Assembly: GCA_045046875.1 (NCBI GenBank)
Contig: JASFYY010000066.1
Location: 1 to 42,823, forward strand
Source of the DNA: Verrucomicrobiota bacterium
Lineage (GTDB): Bacteria; Verrucomicrobiota; Verrucomicrobiia; Verrucomicrobiales; DEV007
Direction: 5' to 3'
Length of the DNA: 42,823 nucleotides
Part shown: positions 9,982-19,962 of the stretch, in pieces
Numbering within the stretch: the stretch's first letter is position 1
Layout: each line of letters opens with the position of its first letter
Translations under genes and position numbers: made by a program
The notes under the pieces: generated by a model
Database searches by the model: none
The model's input: the letters and a program-made list of their open reading frames with translations, nothing else
Told to the model about the DNA's origin: nothing

Positions 9982-10452
9982 CTATTTATAAACCTCGTTC
10001 GGGTCGTAGGATTTTTCTGAATACCTTTCGTTCAAGCCGATGACTTCATCCTGCGATTGGATTTCATCTTTGAAAGGCACGCTGCGGTAGAAACAAGTCT
10101 GGTGACCGACGTGGCAACAGCCCGGTCCTTTTTGGTTCACTTTGAGGACCAGTGCATCCTGGTCACAGTCGATCAGGATCTCGACCACTTCCTGCACATG
10201 ACCGCTGGTGGCGCCTTTGTGCCACAGCACCTGACGGCTGCGGCTCCAGTAAACCGCCTCGCCTCGACGCAAGGTGTCGCTGAGCGAATCTGCGTTCATG
10301 TAAGCAACCATCAGGATCTCGCCGCTTTGGGAGTCCTGAGCAATCGCCGGGATCAGGCCGTTGCCGTCAAACTTGGGAGCGAAGTCCAGTTTGTCCTCGA
10401 TTGCTTTGTGGTCGGAGCGGTCTCCGAACCAGGCGGTGTTTGCAGTTTCCAT
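9982..10452 (-). CDS. hisI: Phosphoribosyl-AMP cyclohydrolase (stand-alone)
   Basis: [53 protein letters not shown]. Confidence 0.95.
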   Translation of the reverse strand: METANTAWFGDRSDHKAIEDKLDFAPKFDGNGLIPAIAQDSQSGEILMVAYMNADSLSDTLRRGEAVYWSRSRQVLWHKGATSGHVQEVVEILIDCDQDALVLKVNQKGPGCCHVGHQTCFYRSVPFKDEIQSQDEVIGLNERYSEKSYDPNEVYK

Positions 10453-10524
10453 GTGAGTAAATTATAAGAGTGTAGAAATAAGGTCGACAACTTTAGTTCG
10501 GCGATGCATAGATGCAAACAGACG

Positions 10525-11175
10525 ATGAATAAAGCTCCATTTATTAGTTTTGAAGGTTCCGAAGGCTGCGGCAAATCCACTCAGATTGCCCGGCTGGTGG
10601 AGATCTTGGAAAAACAGGGCCGCGAGGTGTTATTAACCCGTGAGCCCGGCGGCACGGTGGTGGGGGAACGCATTCGGGATTTGCTCCAGTACACCCCCGA
10701 GGCAGTCGGCATGAGCAGCGAAGCCGAGTTGCTGTTATTTGCCGCTAGCCGCGCGCAACTGGTCCGCGAAGTCATCGAGCCGACCTTGCAACAAGGCAAG
10801 TGGGTGATCGCCGATCGTTTCATGGATTCGACCACGGTTTATCAAGGTCTGGGTCGAGGACTCGACGCGCAGGCCGTGCGCAGCATTAATGAATTCGCGG
10901 TGGGGGAGGTGAAACCTGATTTGACCTTCTTGCTCGACATGGATGCCAAGCAGGGACACGCTCGTGCCCAGGCGGCCAGTCAGGCCGCGGGTCAATTTGA
11001 CCGCATGGAGGATCAAGAGCTGGATTTTTTTGAAAGAGTGCGCCAAGGCTATCTGGACTTGGCGAAGGAGGAAAAAGAGCGCATCGTAGTTATCGATGCA
11101 GCAAAAAGTATCGAAGAAGTCTCCCACTGTATCCAGGATGTGTTAAAAGATCGTTATCATGAGTTTTCCGCTTGA
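10525..11175 (+). CDS. tmk: Thymidylate kinase (dTMP kinase)
   Basis: FISFEGSEGCGKSTQ, TREPGGT, ELLLFAASRAQ, DRFMDST.YQG. Start placed at the second ATG (MNKAPF). Confidence 0.95.
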   Translation: MNKAPFISFEGSEGCGKSTQIARLVEILEKQGREVLLTREPGGTVVGERIRDLLQYTPEAVGMSSEAELLLFAASRAQLVREVIEPTLQQGKWVIADRFMDSTTVYQGLGRGLDAQAVRSINEFAVGEVKPDLTFLLDMDAKQGHARAQAASQAAGQFDRMEDQELDFFERVRQGYLDLAKEEKERIVVIDAAKSIEEVSHCIQDVLKDRYHEFSA

Positions 11176-12145
11176 AGAAGCCTACCAATTACTGAGCAAC
11201 TCGTATCAAAACGAGCGCCTGGCTCACGCTTATCTGATCACCGGGCCGGAGGGCAGTGGCAAAAAGGAGCTGTGCCGGCAACTGATCTGTTTGGTTAACG
11301 GCATCAATGGGCTCGACGAAAACAAACAAACCTTGCAGTCATTGAAAAGTGGATTGGTCAATGTGATCGGGCCGGAGTCCAAGTCGCGTCGCATCACGGT
11401 GGAAGGCATTCGCCTGGCAGAGCGGTCGCTGCGCATGGCGAGCGAGAAAGGTTTTAAAAAAGTCGTCGTCATCAATGATGCCGATCGCATGATGGCGGCG
11501 GCCAGCAATGCTTTCCTCAAAACGCTGGAAGAACCGCCGGAGAATTCGCTGTTGTTTTTATTGAGCGCTCAACCGGAGCAGTTGTTAACCACTATTTTGT
11601 CCCGTTGTATCAGGGTCAGCTTGAGGGGCAGTTCCCAGGCTTGGGAGATCAGCGAGCAGGCGCGTCATTTTCTGGATCAGTTGGCTCGTTTTTATACCGA
11701 GGGGCGGCAGGGGGTGTCCGCGGCGCTGAGTTTGATGAAGGTTTTTTCAGGGGTTCTATCACAGGAAAAAGCCCGTATTGCCAAGCTGAATGATGACTCG
11801 CTGAAACAGGAGATCAAGATGTATAAACAGACCACCGAAGGGGATTGGTTGAAGCGGCGCGAGGATTATTATAAAGCTGTGACTGAATCGGAATATCTGC
11901 AGTTCCGCAGCAAACTCATCGAGTATCTGTTGGCTTGGTTTGGCGATTCGATGCGGTTACAGAATAACTATCAGCGATTGGATTTGCCCGACTACGCACA
12001 GACGACCGGTCAACTGGCTAGCAGTTTGGACTCCACTAAGCTGGGCAAAAAAATGGACGCGATTGAAAGTCTGAGGAATCACCTTAATACCAACGTGCAG
12101 GAAGCTCTGGCGCTGGAATCGGCTTTTATTCAGGCTTTTGCTTGA
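11159..12145 (+). CDS. holB: DNA polymerase III subunit delta'
   Basis: LAHAYLITGPEGSGK, ASNAFLKTLEEPP, TILSRC; overlaps tmk in the conserved tmk-holB arrangement. Confidence 0.88.
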   Translation: MSFPLEEAYQLLSNSYQNERLAHAYLITGPEGSGKKELCRQLICLVNGINGLDENKQTLQSLKSGLVNVIGPESKSRRITVEGIRLAERSLRMASEKGFKKVVVINDADRMMAAASNAFLKTLEEPPENSLLFLLSAQPEQLLTTILSRCIRVSLRGSSQAWEISEQARHFLDQLARFYTEGRQGVSAALSLMKVFSGVLSQEKARIAKLNDDSLKQEIKMYKQTTEGDWLKRREDYYKAVTESEYLQFRSKLIEYLLAWFGDSMRLQNNYQRLDLPDYAQTTGQLASSLDSTKLGKKMDAIESLRNHLNTNVQEALALESAFIQAFA

Positions 12146-12266
12146 GAAGAAGAATTCGGGATTCAGGAGTCATGAAGGAGGACTCGAATTTGGGGGAGGT
12201 GGTTTATTTTGTGGAATAAAATTTTACCCTGAAATGAGCTGGAAAGAATGCGGGTAAAAGACTGAA

Positions 12267-15200
12267 TTATTTTCGTCCTAGGCCCTTATTTGATCTGGCG
12301 TCTTTGAACCACGGATCTGACTGCAGTGTTTGTTGTGCGCGGTTAAGTTTGTCCTGGTTCTTAAAATAAGCTTTATGGGCAGTGGGAAGGTATTTCTGAT
12401 TGAGTGTGAGCAGGCGTTTTAGCATCGCGGCTTGAGAGCGGTCCAGTTGTGATCTCCAGACATCGAGATCGTTTTTTTGGTCGAGCAGATCGGCCATGAT
12501 GATTTGTGAAACCAGTAGGCTACCCCAGTTGGGCGACATTCTTCTGTAAGGCAGTTGGGGCAATAATTGATTATTCAGAGTGTGAAGTTTTAACAACGAT
12601 GCCTTGTTGTCAGCGTCACTCTTTTCCAACTCATTGAGGATCAGTTTTTGCAAAGTTCCCACCAGATCATTGATGGCGGCGAACTGGTCACCTTCCGAGA
12701 GCAGCTTTTTACTTCGAGCCAGGTAGTCGGGTAAAGCGTGTTTGTCATTCGTGTAGCTGGACTTGCCATATACGAGAGCCACCAGCGGAGCTAGGTTTTG
12801 GCGAACAGCTGTATAACCTTTGGCCGAGGAAAATGCTTCGTCCATGCGCTCGGGGGTAAAGTAAACATCGAGCAAGTGGATGATTTTTTCTGACTGTTGC
12901 CAGTAGCGGCTCAAGGCCAGCATGGTATTGTGTTGTTTGGTTTCGGACTTGAAGGTTGTTGGCGTATAGGAATTTGCGAGTGTTGTCAGGCGTTGTTTTT
13001 GACTAGGTAAATGAGAGGGTAGAGTTTCGGGATCAGTTAATCCAGCCAGACAGAGTCTCACTGTGAAACGATCTTCTTCTGATTTTACTTTGTTTAGGAA
13101 ATTGGTGATTTGCTGATGAATTTTGTTATCATAGGAAATTTGAAAAACGTAGGGGGACACAGCGGAGGAAGGTAGGATAAGATTTTTCCTTGGTAATGAA
13201 AGCCACTGCAGGGCCAAGTCGTGGCGGTCTTCACGAAGTAGCAGAGCAAGGCAGGTAGCCTCGCCACTGAGTGCCGCCTGCCAATCCATGAAGTGTTTCC
13301 CGGTCGCCGACGCATCAGCTGCTTGAAAATACAATTGCAGCATCGTTAGCAGAGTGGGGGAGAAGGGTTGGTAATTTCGCCAGGACGGGTCTTGTTTTAG
13401 GTTGAGCACTTGCCAACCCGTGATGAATTTTTCAGCCTGATTTTGCCACAGTTCATCCTTTTGTGAAGGGTTAAACAGATTGAGAACATGAGTGAGCATC
13501 CAACCGTTCACCGGGCCTTCTTGATTCATGATGCTCGCTGTATCATCAAATATTTTCTGTTGCAGCGACCGGGGGCAGGCGGGGAATGTTCGGTTCAATA
13601 AATGTTGAATGAAAAAAGCTCGTAAGGCCGGGTGGGTGTCCGGGGTCAATACTTGCAAAGCCGCTTCTGACCAATCGCTTTCTCCTGTGTTTTCTCCAAA
13701 TTGTCTGGGAGCCTGACCCGCCTTTTGCTGTGCCAGCCACATTTGGGCGGCCAAACGAAACTCTATGAAAAGCGGGTCCGGGTTCTGTTGATTTTGCTGC
13801 AGGGTTTCAGCTAAATATTTTGAATCGTTGATCGACTCACAAAGCTCGAAAAATATTGGACGGAAAACCGCAGAGTCTCCCCATTTTTTTTCGTCAGCTG
13901 GCAATGCCGCACGCAAGGATGCCAACATTCGTGACAAGGTTTTTGCGTCAGGTTTTTTGCTGCTTTGACTCACCGCTTGTTGCCACATGCGAGTGACCGT
14001 GCGTTTGATTCCTGAGTTCTCAGCCAGAGAGAAATTATCAGGAGTGTCATTCCACAGTATATCTGCCAGCAAGGCGATGGCTCTCCAGTCTGGATCCGGA
14101 ATGGAGAAGCTAAGACGGTTCAAAGTCTGTCCGGCAGGTCCCCAACCGTTTTGGTAGGTCCGAGGCCATGTTTTGTCGGTTTCCAGGCTAACTTTTACCA
14201 AAGCCAGGCTTTTATCGTAAATCTCCCGGCGTTGATCAAGGTCGTATTGATCCTGCATCAAGCGGCCAATTTCAAAAAGGAAACGAGTAGGGGGATAGCC
14301 GGTTTGCGCAACGGTGTCAGCGGATAAAAAAGCCTTAACTTTACTATCGGACGGGGATTCGAAATCGAAATTTTTACCCAGGCCGCGTAAGGTTTCTACG
14401 GTTTTTAATACTGGAGGCGGTAGTTTGAGTGGGCTTCCCCGCTGTTCTGGATCTGCGTAGAATGTGCGATTAGGTGCGTGGTAGCGTGGCGAGTATAAGT
14501 GCATAAATACCCGGGACAGAGTTGTATTGCGGTCAGCACCTTGGAAAAAGTCGCGAAAATAATCCACGCTTCCTTTGGGCAGCTCGACAATAAAGTGACG
14601 GGTCTCCGGTAATTTATCCAATACCAGGTGAAGAAATATAAGCCCTGCCAGAAAATTAGAACTGTTGCCATCCATCATGCCAAAGGCCTTGCGTTTTCCG
14701 ATTTCGGAATAGAAGGGCAGTATCTTTTGTGCAAATTCTACCGATCTGCACTTTTTGATTACAGCGGGACTGGTGACTATGGAAGTGATCGCATAAAGCC
14801 AATTAGGGGGGCTTGGCTGCGGTTCGGGATTCCTTTGATTGTTAGCAGCCTGGCGGTTTTCAGTGGTGTGTAATAGTTCTAATTGATCGTTTTGTTTTAA
14901 CAATTGAGTGAGGATTTCTTCCTTGCCGTTGAGAACGTCATATTGCACACCATAAAGATAAGTTTCTAGCAGCAAGCGTTGTATTTTTTTATCAACTTCC
15001 TGATTGACGGCTTGAAAAGAAGTTTTGCGAGAAGCTGCCAGCAAGGACTCGTGATACATTTTTTTGAGATCGGAAAACTCGAGAAAAGAAAGCAATACCC
15101 TCAATCGCGAGATCTCATCAGGGAAACTATTGAGCCGTAAACGCTGCCCTACGTCCTGCAGTCGTTTGCGTGAGTCCGGCCAGCCTTTTGCGGGCTCATG

Positions 15201-18200
15201 GCCGTTGGGTTCTTCTGTTCTCAGTAGCATATATTCAGCCAGCCATTTCAACCACTCGGGATCCGCTTCGATGGTTTTCAAAAAAGGCTTCACCTGATCA
15301 GCTAGAGTTTGATCAAATGTCACGTGAACCGCTGCGGTGTTGAGCATGGTCACCCATTCGGCTTTCAAAATGGTGGCAGCATCCGGGTAGGAGCCTGCCC
15401 GAATCAAATGGCAAAACTTCTGGAACGGATTCTCGGTTTTGGCCAATTGCTGTGTGAGCATTTTTTTTGCCGCTGTTTTTCGCCCGTTTTGAGTGAGGAT
15501 GCGTAGCAGGTCCTCTTTGACGAAGGGAGATTCATCTTCCAAAACAAAACGTTTGGCCTTGCGATCCGGGATGAGAACGTATTGCTCGTAGGCTGCTGCC
15601 AGGTCTTTTTCAGCTTTGCCCCATTCCTTTTTATACACCTCGGGAGACAGCAGGTTGCGCTTGCTTTCCAGATGGCGCAATGTTCCAGAGGTGATAGTTT
15701 CTTTGACATCTGACCCATATTTTTTCCACAAAAACGCTAGCTGTTGAAGGTTGAATTTCAGTAATTGTCCGGATTCCCTTGCATCTATATAACTCACCAT
15801 TCCTATGAACATGAATTTGGTTGAATCTGTGTGATCACCAGCTTGCAGCAGTTGTGCAAGATCTTTCAATCCGTCTGCAGTGGGTCCATTGCGTTTGGAA
15901 CTCAGCAGCTCTGTGGCGAGTTTGATTGATGGGGCTAGCTTGGGATATGACTTTACCGTTGCCTCTTTGTCCACCCAATCAACGATGTAAGGGGGAGGCC
16001 TGACGTCAAAATCAATGATAGCTAAGAGATGGTAAAAAAAAGGCAAGGTTAGCGCCATGTCAGATGACTGATCGATTTCTCCGTGAGCCAGTCGGACAAA
16101 GGTCGTGAAACGCTCTAGTTTTGCCTCTTGTCCTTCCGCTTTATGAGACAAGTGCATAATGGGAGCGTGGAAGCGGGATTTGTAGCTGAACAGGGTGGGA
16201 AGTGATTCTGATTGCAAGGCTTCCACCATGAACGCAAAAGCATCCACTGACCGAGCCGCGTAAAGTGTCTCTGCTAACAATTGTGATGTGAAGGTTTGCT
16301 CACGAATTTCGATCTCTCCGCTGGCAACGGCAGCCTCTCCGAGTCGCGCAATGTTTTCAAAAGCGGCGTAAGCCACCCGCCAGTCGAAACCCAGGGCACG
16401 CTTTAAATCTTCTCCGACGAGGTGCAGCGCTTCCTCAGCTTGCATGTCGAGTTCGGCGAAGGACCGTGCGGTGCGGTATTTTTGCAAACGGGCAAATTCT
16501 CCCGTTTTGGCCGTTTTCATAATCCAGTGCAGGGTAGCCCGCCTTTTTTCATTACTTAATGGGGTCAAACATGCCGGGCAGATCAGATCTTTTGCCAAAA
16601 CGGCCAGCTCAATTTTTTTCTGCTCGGGTAGTTTTTCCAGCTCTTCAATGTGCTGCCCGAAAAAGTCCAAGACAGCGTCGGTAGCCTGTTCTTCAAATAC
16701 GGCGACCAAGAGTTTGCCACCAAAGGTGTCAATCTTGCTGAAGGTGTCGCGCAATTTTTTGCGCGAGGGGATGTTGCTCTCTCCGCATAGCAGTTTGAGC
16801 AATCGATGAAGCTTGAAACCCGCAACAGAGTCGTAGCGCCGCCCTAGCTGAAGTCGTGGAAATTCTGCTACAGGGAAAGTAGATATGTTTTCCGCAGAGT
16901 TATACAGAGGGGAGCGGTAGAGGCTTAAAGTAATGTCATAATAGCGTGCGGGCCCATCCCTGTGTGGATTCAAATCGATCTGAATGAAAGGCGCCTGACC
17001 GTGTTTTTTTGCAAATTTGAGCACGCTGTATAAACAACCCGGGGAACTCGCTACCTGATTCAAAAAGGCTACCAGTTCAGGAGCTTCACTGCCTTCTTGT
17101 TTGATTTTTTTAAGATCAATTGGCATAGCCTGCGCGATTTTTGTTAAAAACGCATAGATCTCGACAGGGCCTTTTTTCATCGAAATGAGACGGATCTGAT
17201 CAAAAGCAAATTGCAGGGTGATCAGATCGGTGCCCTTTTCCAAGCGAGGGGCAATGAAGTCTGCGGGCTCGAATGCCTGGTTCATATCGGGACGCAAGGA
17301 GAGGGCGCGCCGTATCATGATCCATTGAATTTGTGGACTCCAAAAGGATTCGTCCGGCTTGGAGGGATGGCTGAATTGTTCGACTTTGTCGATGCTGTCG
17401 GCGAGGTTTTCTGCTGGGCAGAAATAGTATTCACTTAGCATGGCAATGGCTTCGCCTAATTTTTTGTCAGCGGGTATGAGAGCCATTTTCTTGATCAGGC
17501 TTTTGTTCTGACTGAGGAAAGCGTATTCGATGATCCACGGGATAGGGCCGCTGCCATTGTGTGCGGCGGCTTTTGTTTTCCACTGCAACTCGTTGTTGCC
17601 AAGCTGTATTTCGGGCACTTCCAATCTGCCGAAATAAGTGTGCAGGTTTTTGCGTGTTAGATTTTTTAAAGAGCTTTCGCAGAGCGGCAGCAAATGTTCA
17701 TCACTGATTTTCCAATAGTGTGAGAGTTCCACTAGTTTGGCAAAAAATCCGGCGGAAAGAGATGGGATGGAAATCGCCTTTTCGCATAATTGGCGGTAAA
17801 GTAAACGACGCTTCTTGAAAGCCTGCAGGACCTTTTCTTCGTTTTTTGCGTCTTGCGGTAGTTCCTGGTCAAGGGCTATGAGTGCACCGTAACTCAGGTC
17901 GCCGTCATAAAAATCCGAACTGATGGCGTAGGCCAGGATTGGAAGCCATGCGAAGTGCTTCGGATTGGGGTTTGCAATTTTTTTCCACTCGTCCAGATGT
18001 GCAAGCATAGAGCTAGCAAGATCCAGGCGTTGCGACATCGTCGGGTAATCCAGTTGTGCGAGTTGTGACAAGGCATCGGCGACAAAGGGGATTTGTTGTT
18101 TATCCTTTGCCAAAGTCTGCAGTTCGGCGATAACTTTGCCAGGATCTTTCCCGCCTTGTAGCAGTATCCGCTGCAAACGCGGGTTTTGAGCGGAGGTTCT

Positions 18201-18275
18201 TGTATTTGCCTGACCCTGCGCATGGGCAAGCAGAGGGGAGAAAATGAGGGATAGCCAGATTAAAATTCGCAGCAT
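12267..18275 (-). CDS. Giant (2002 aa) secreted hypothetical protein, apparently helical, with a large internal duplication
   Basis: 6-kb uninterrupted ORF; signal peptide MLRILIWLSLIFSPLLAHA-Q; no catalytic motif recognised. Confidence 0.85.
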   Translation of the reverse strand: MLRILIWLSLIFSPLLAHAQGQANTRTSAQNPRLQRILLQGGKDPGKVIAELQTLAKDKQQIPFVADALSQLAQLDYPTMSQRLDLASSMLAHLDEWKKIANPNPKHFAWLPILAYAISSDFYDGDLSYGALIALDQELPQDAKNEEKVLQAFKKRRLLYRQLCEKAISIPSLSAGFFAKLVELSHYWKISDEHLLPLCESSLKNLTRKNLHTYFGRLEVPEIQLGNNELQWKTKAAAHNGSGPIPWIIEYAFLSQNKSLIKKMALIPADKKLGEAIAMLSEYYFCPAENLADSIDKVEQFSHPSKPDESFWSPQIQWIMIRRALSLRPDMNQAFEPADFIAPRLEKGTDLITLQFAFDQIRLISMKKGPVEIYAFLTKIAQAMPIDLKKIKQEGSEAPELVAFLNQVASSPGCLYSVLKFAKKHGQAPFIQIDLNPHRDGPARYYDITLSLYRSPLYNSAENISTFPVAEFPRLQLGRRYDSVAGFKLHRLLKLLCGESNIPSRKKLRDTFSKIDTFGGKLLVAVFEEQATDAVLDFFGQHIEELEKLPEQKKIELAVLAKDLICPACLTPLSNEKRRATLHWIMKTAKTGEFARLQKYRTARSFAELDMQAEEALHLVGEDLKRALGFDWRVAYAAFENIARLGEAAVASGEIEIREQTFTSQLLAETLYAARSVDAFAFMVEALQSESLPTLFSYKSRFHAPIMHLSHKAEGQEAKLERFTTFVRLAHGEIDQSSDMALTLPFFYHLLAIIDFDVRPPPYIVDWVDKEATVKSYPKLAPSIKLATELLSSKRNGPTADGLKDLAQLLQAGDHTDSTKFMFIGMVSYIDARESGQLLKFNLQQLAFLWKKYGSDVKETITSGTLRHLESKRNLLSPEVYKKEWGKAEKDLAAAYEQYVLIPDRKAKRFVLEDESPFVKEDLLRILTQNGRKTAAKKMLTQQLAKTENPFQKFCHLIRAGSYPDAATILKAEWVTMLNTAAVHVTFDQTLADQVKPFLKTIEADPEWLKWLAEYMLLRTEEPNGHEPAKGWPDSRKRLQDVGQRLRLNSFPDEISRLRVLLSFLEFSDLKKMYHESLLAASRKTSFQAVNQEVDKKIQRLLLETYLYGVQYDVLNGKEEILTQLLKQNDQLELLHTTENRQAANNQRNPEPQPSPPNWLYAITSIVTSPAVIKKCRSVEFAQKILPFYSEIGKRKAFGMMDGNSSNFLAGLIFLHLVLDKLPETRHFIVELPKGSVDYFRDFFQGADRNTTLSRVFMHLYSPRYHAPNRTFYADPEQRGSPLKLPPPVLKTVETLRGLGKNFDFESPSDSKVKAFLSADTVAQTGYPPTRFLFEIGRLMQDQYDLDQRREIYDKSLALVKVSLETDKTWPRTYQNGWGPAGQTLNRLSFSIPDPDWRAIALLADILWNDTPDNFSLAENSGIKRTVTRMWQQAVSQSSKKPDAKTLSRMLASLRAALPADEKKWGDSAVFRPIFFELCESINDSKYLAETLQQNQQNPDPLFIEFRLAAQMWLAQQKAGQAPRQFGENTGESDWSEAALQVLTPDTHPALRAFFIQHLLNRTFPACPRSLQQKIFDDTASIMNQEGPVNGWMLTHVLNLFNPSQKDELWQNQAEKFITGWQVLNLKQDPSWRNYQPFSPTLLTMLQLYFQAADASATGKHFMDWQAALSGEATCLALLLREDRHDLALQWLSLPRKNLILPSSAVSPYVFQISYDNKIHQQITNFLNKVKSEEDRFTVRLCLAGLTDPETLPSHLPSQKQRLTTLANSYTPTTFKSETKQHNTMLALSRYWQQSEKIIHLLDVYFTPERMDEAFSSAKGYTAVRQNLAPLVALVYGKSSYTNDKHALPDYLARSKKLLSEGDQFAAINDLVGTLQKLILNELEKSDADNKASLLKLHTLNNQLLPQLPYRRMSPNWGSLLVSQIIMADLLDQKNDLDVWRSQLDRSQAAMLKRLLTLNQKYLPTAHKAYFKNQDKLNRAQQTLQSDPWFKDARSNKGLGRK

Positions 18276-18429
18276 GGGGTGGATCGTTTTTCGCTTTTCT
18301 TATTTAACCGATTAACTGACTGCCTCCAAGGTGAAAATTAATAATTTAGGGGCTCGATAAAGTGAAGTGTGAAGAAGTCTGGCTGTAGATATCCTCGAAT
18401 AGGTGATTAAATTGTCTTTTTTTAGATGG

Positions 18430-18494
18430 CTGACATTTTTTTTACATTTGTTTTACGCCCGCCTGACAAGTGCAGCGGACTTGTGTGAGAGGCT
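18430..18494 (+). promoter_or_regulatory. OmpR/PhoB-type operator (four direct repeats, 11-bp period) with weak extended -10 element
   Basis: TGACA 18431, TTACA 18442, TTACG 18453, TGACA 18464; TGaGAGGCT at 18486-18494 ends 7 nt before ATG 18501. Confidence 0.7.
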
Positions 18495-18500
18495 CGGGTC

Positions 18501-19878
18501 ATGAAAGTAAAATTCATGACAAATAAAACAATGATGGTGGCAGCGTTTTCAATCGCTGCTGTGATGTTCGGTGGTGCAGTGGGTTCGAGTCAGGCAAAAA
18601 AGACGCTGGCGCAACCGGTGAGGGTTTCGACCAAAGTGGATCGACCGCTGTTGATCGAAAACGGAGGACAGCAGGAGGTGGTGATTCAGGTGGCCATTGA
18701 CGGTTTGGTCCGCAAGCGAGTGCGGCGCAGGTCCCTTGAACCTGGCGGTGGTGCTGGATCGCAGTGGATCGATGGGAGGGGCTAAATTGGAGCAGGCCAA
18801 ACAAGCTGCTTTGATGTTGGTGGAGCAGCTCGACGAGGACGATGTGTTTTCGCTGGTGGTTTATGATACCGAGGTGGATGTATTGGTTCCGGCTGGTAGA
18901 ATCGGCAATAAGCGTAAAAACCTGCGCCGGATGATCGAGCGCATACAAACCGGAGGCAGCACGGCTTTGTATGCGGGAGTAAAAACGGGCGGGCAGCAGT
19001 TGATGGAATTCATCAGTCGCAAACGCATCAACCGGGTACTTTTGCTCTCGGATGGTCTGGCTAATGTCGGGCCCAAAAGCAATCGGGAGATCACTTCACT
19101 CGGTCAGCGATTGGCGAGGCAGGATGTCTCGGTGACGACCATTGGTCTAGGCGACAGTTATAATGAAGATCTGATGACCGCATTGGCTGAAGCGAGTGAT
19201 GCCAATTATTATTATGTCGATGATGTGGAAATGTTGGCGGATGTTTTTCGTCAGGAATTGGGTGAATTGCAGAAAATAGTGGCACGGGATCTTATCATCG
19301 AAATCAAATTCCCCAAGGGGGTCATTCCGATTGAGGTGATGGGGCGCGAGCAGGCGGTTTCGGGACAGCGGGCGGTGATCAAGTTTGCTCAGATTTCGGC
19401 GCAACAAAAACGCCAACTGCTGGTTCGTTGTCGGGTCGATCCTGATCAGTATGAAAAACAGCAAGCTGTTGCTGATGTGATTATGAATTATCAGGACACC
19501 CAATTGGGCGATGGCCTGGCTCGTGAAATCCACGCCGATGTGCGGGTGGGCTGGACTGAGGAAAAGAGTCTGGCGCTCGCGGCGATTGATCGTGAGGTGG
19601 AGGTGGAGGCGGCGCTTTGTCAGAATGCGATTGAGAGCAAAAAGACGATTGCCTGGTCTGATAAAGGGGATATTGCTAAAGCCTGTGCGCAAATAGGAGA
19701 TCAGATCACCCGATTGAGCTCTGTTGCCGTAGCAGCTCCTGCGTCGAAGCAAAAAGAGATCAAAGAAGAACTTGCGATTTTGGAAGCTAATCAAAAAGAT
19801 CTGCAAAGTGGTCAATTGAATAAAGCGGGGCGCAAACAAATGCAATTGAACGTCTATAAAAAATCCAACTCGAAGTGA
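18501..19878 (+). pseudogene. Secreted vWA (MIDAS) domain protein, YfbK-like, split by a +1 frameshift near 18732 (pseudogene, recoding or assembly error)
   Basis: ORF 18501 gives a signal peptide and beta-rich N-domain up to VRRR; the +1 frame continues PLNLAVVLDRSGSM, GGSTAL, LLSDGLANVG, TTIGLGDSYNEDLM. Confidence 0.8.
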
Positions 19879-19962
19879 AACAATACTTGGCGCAATTGTA
19901 TGTGGTGAAAAGGCGATTTCAGCCGACACTGTTTGAGATTTGCAGATTCCGTTGAAATTGAA

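Noticed and set aside
12146..12266. Bidirectional terminator between holB and the giant gene
   Set aside because: Only short imperfect stems (GAGTC...GACTC) with a large loop; not strong enough to call.
18501..18785. 94-aa ORF as an independent small protein
   Set aside because: Better explained as the N-terminus of the frameshifted vWA gene, whose downstream ORF lacks a credible start and signal peptide.
19147..19929. 260-aa ORF on the - strand, and similar antisense ORFs at 4709-5359, 26504-27250 and 27284-27970
   Set aside because: Shadows of motif-supported genes on the opposite strand.
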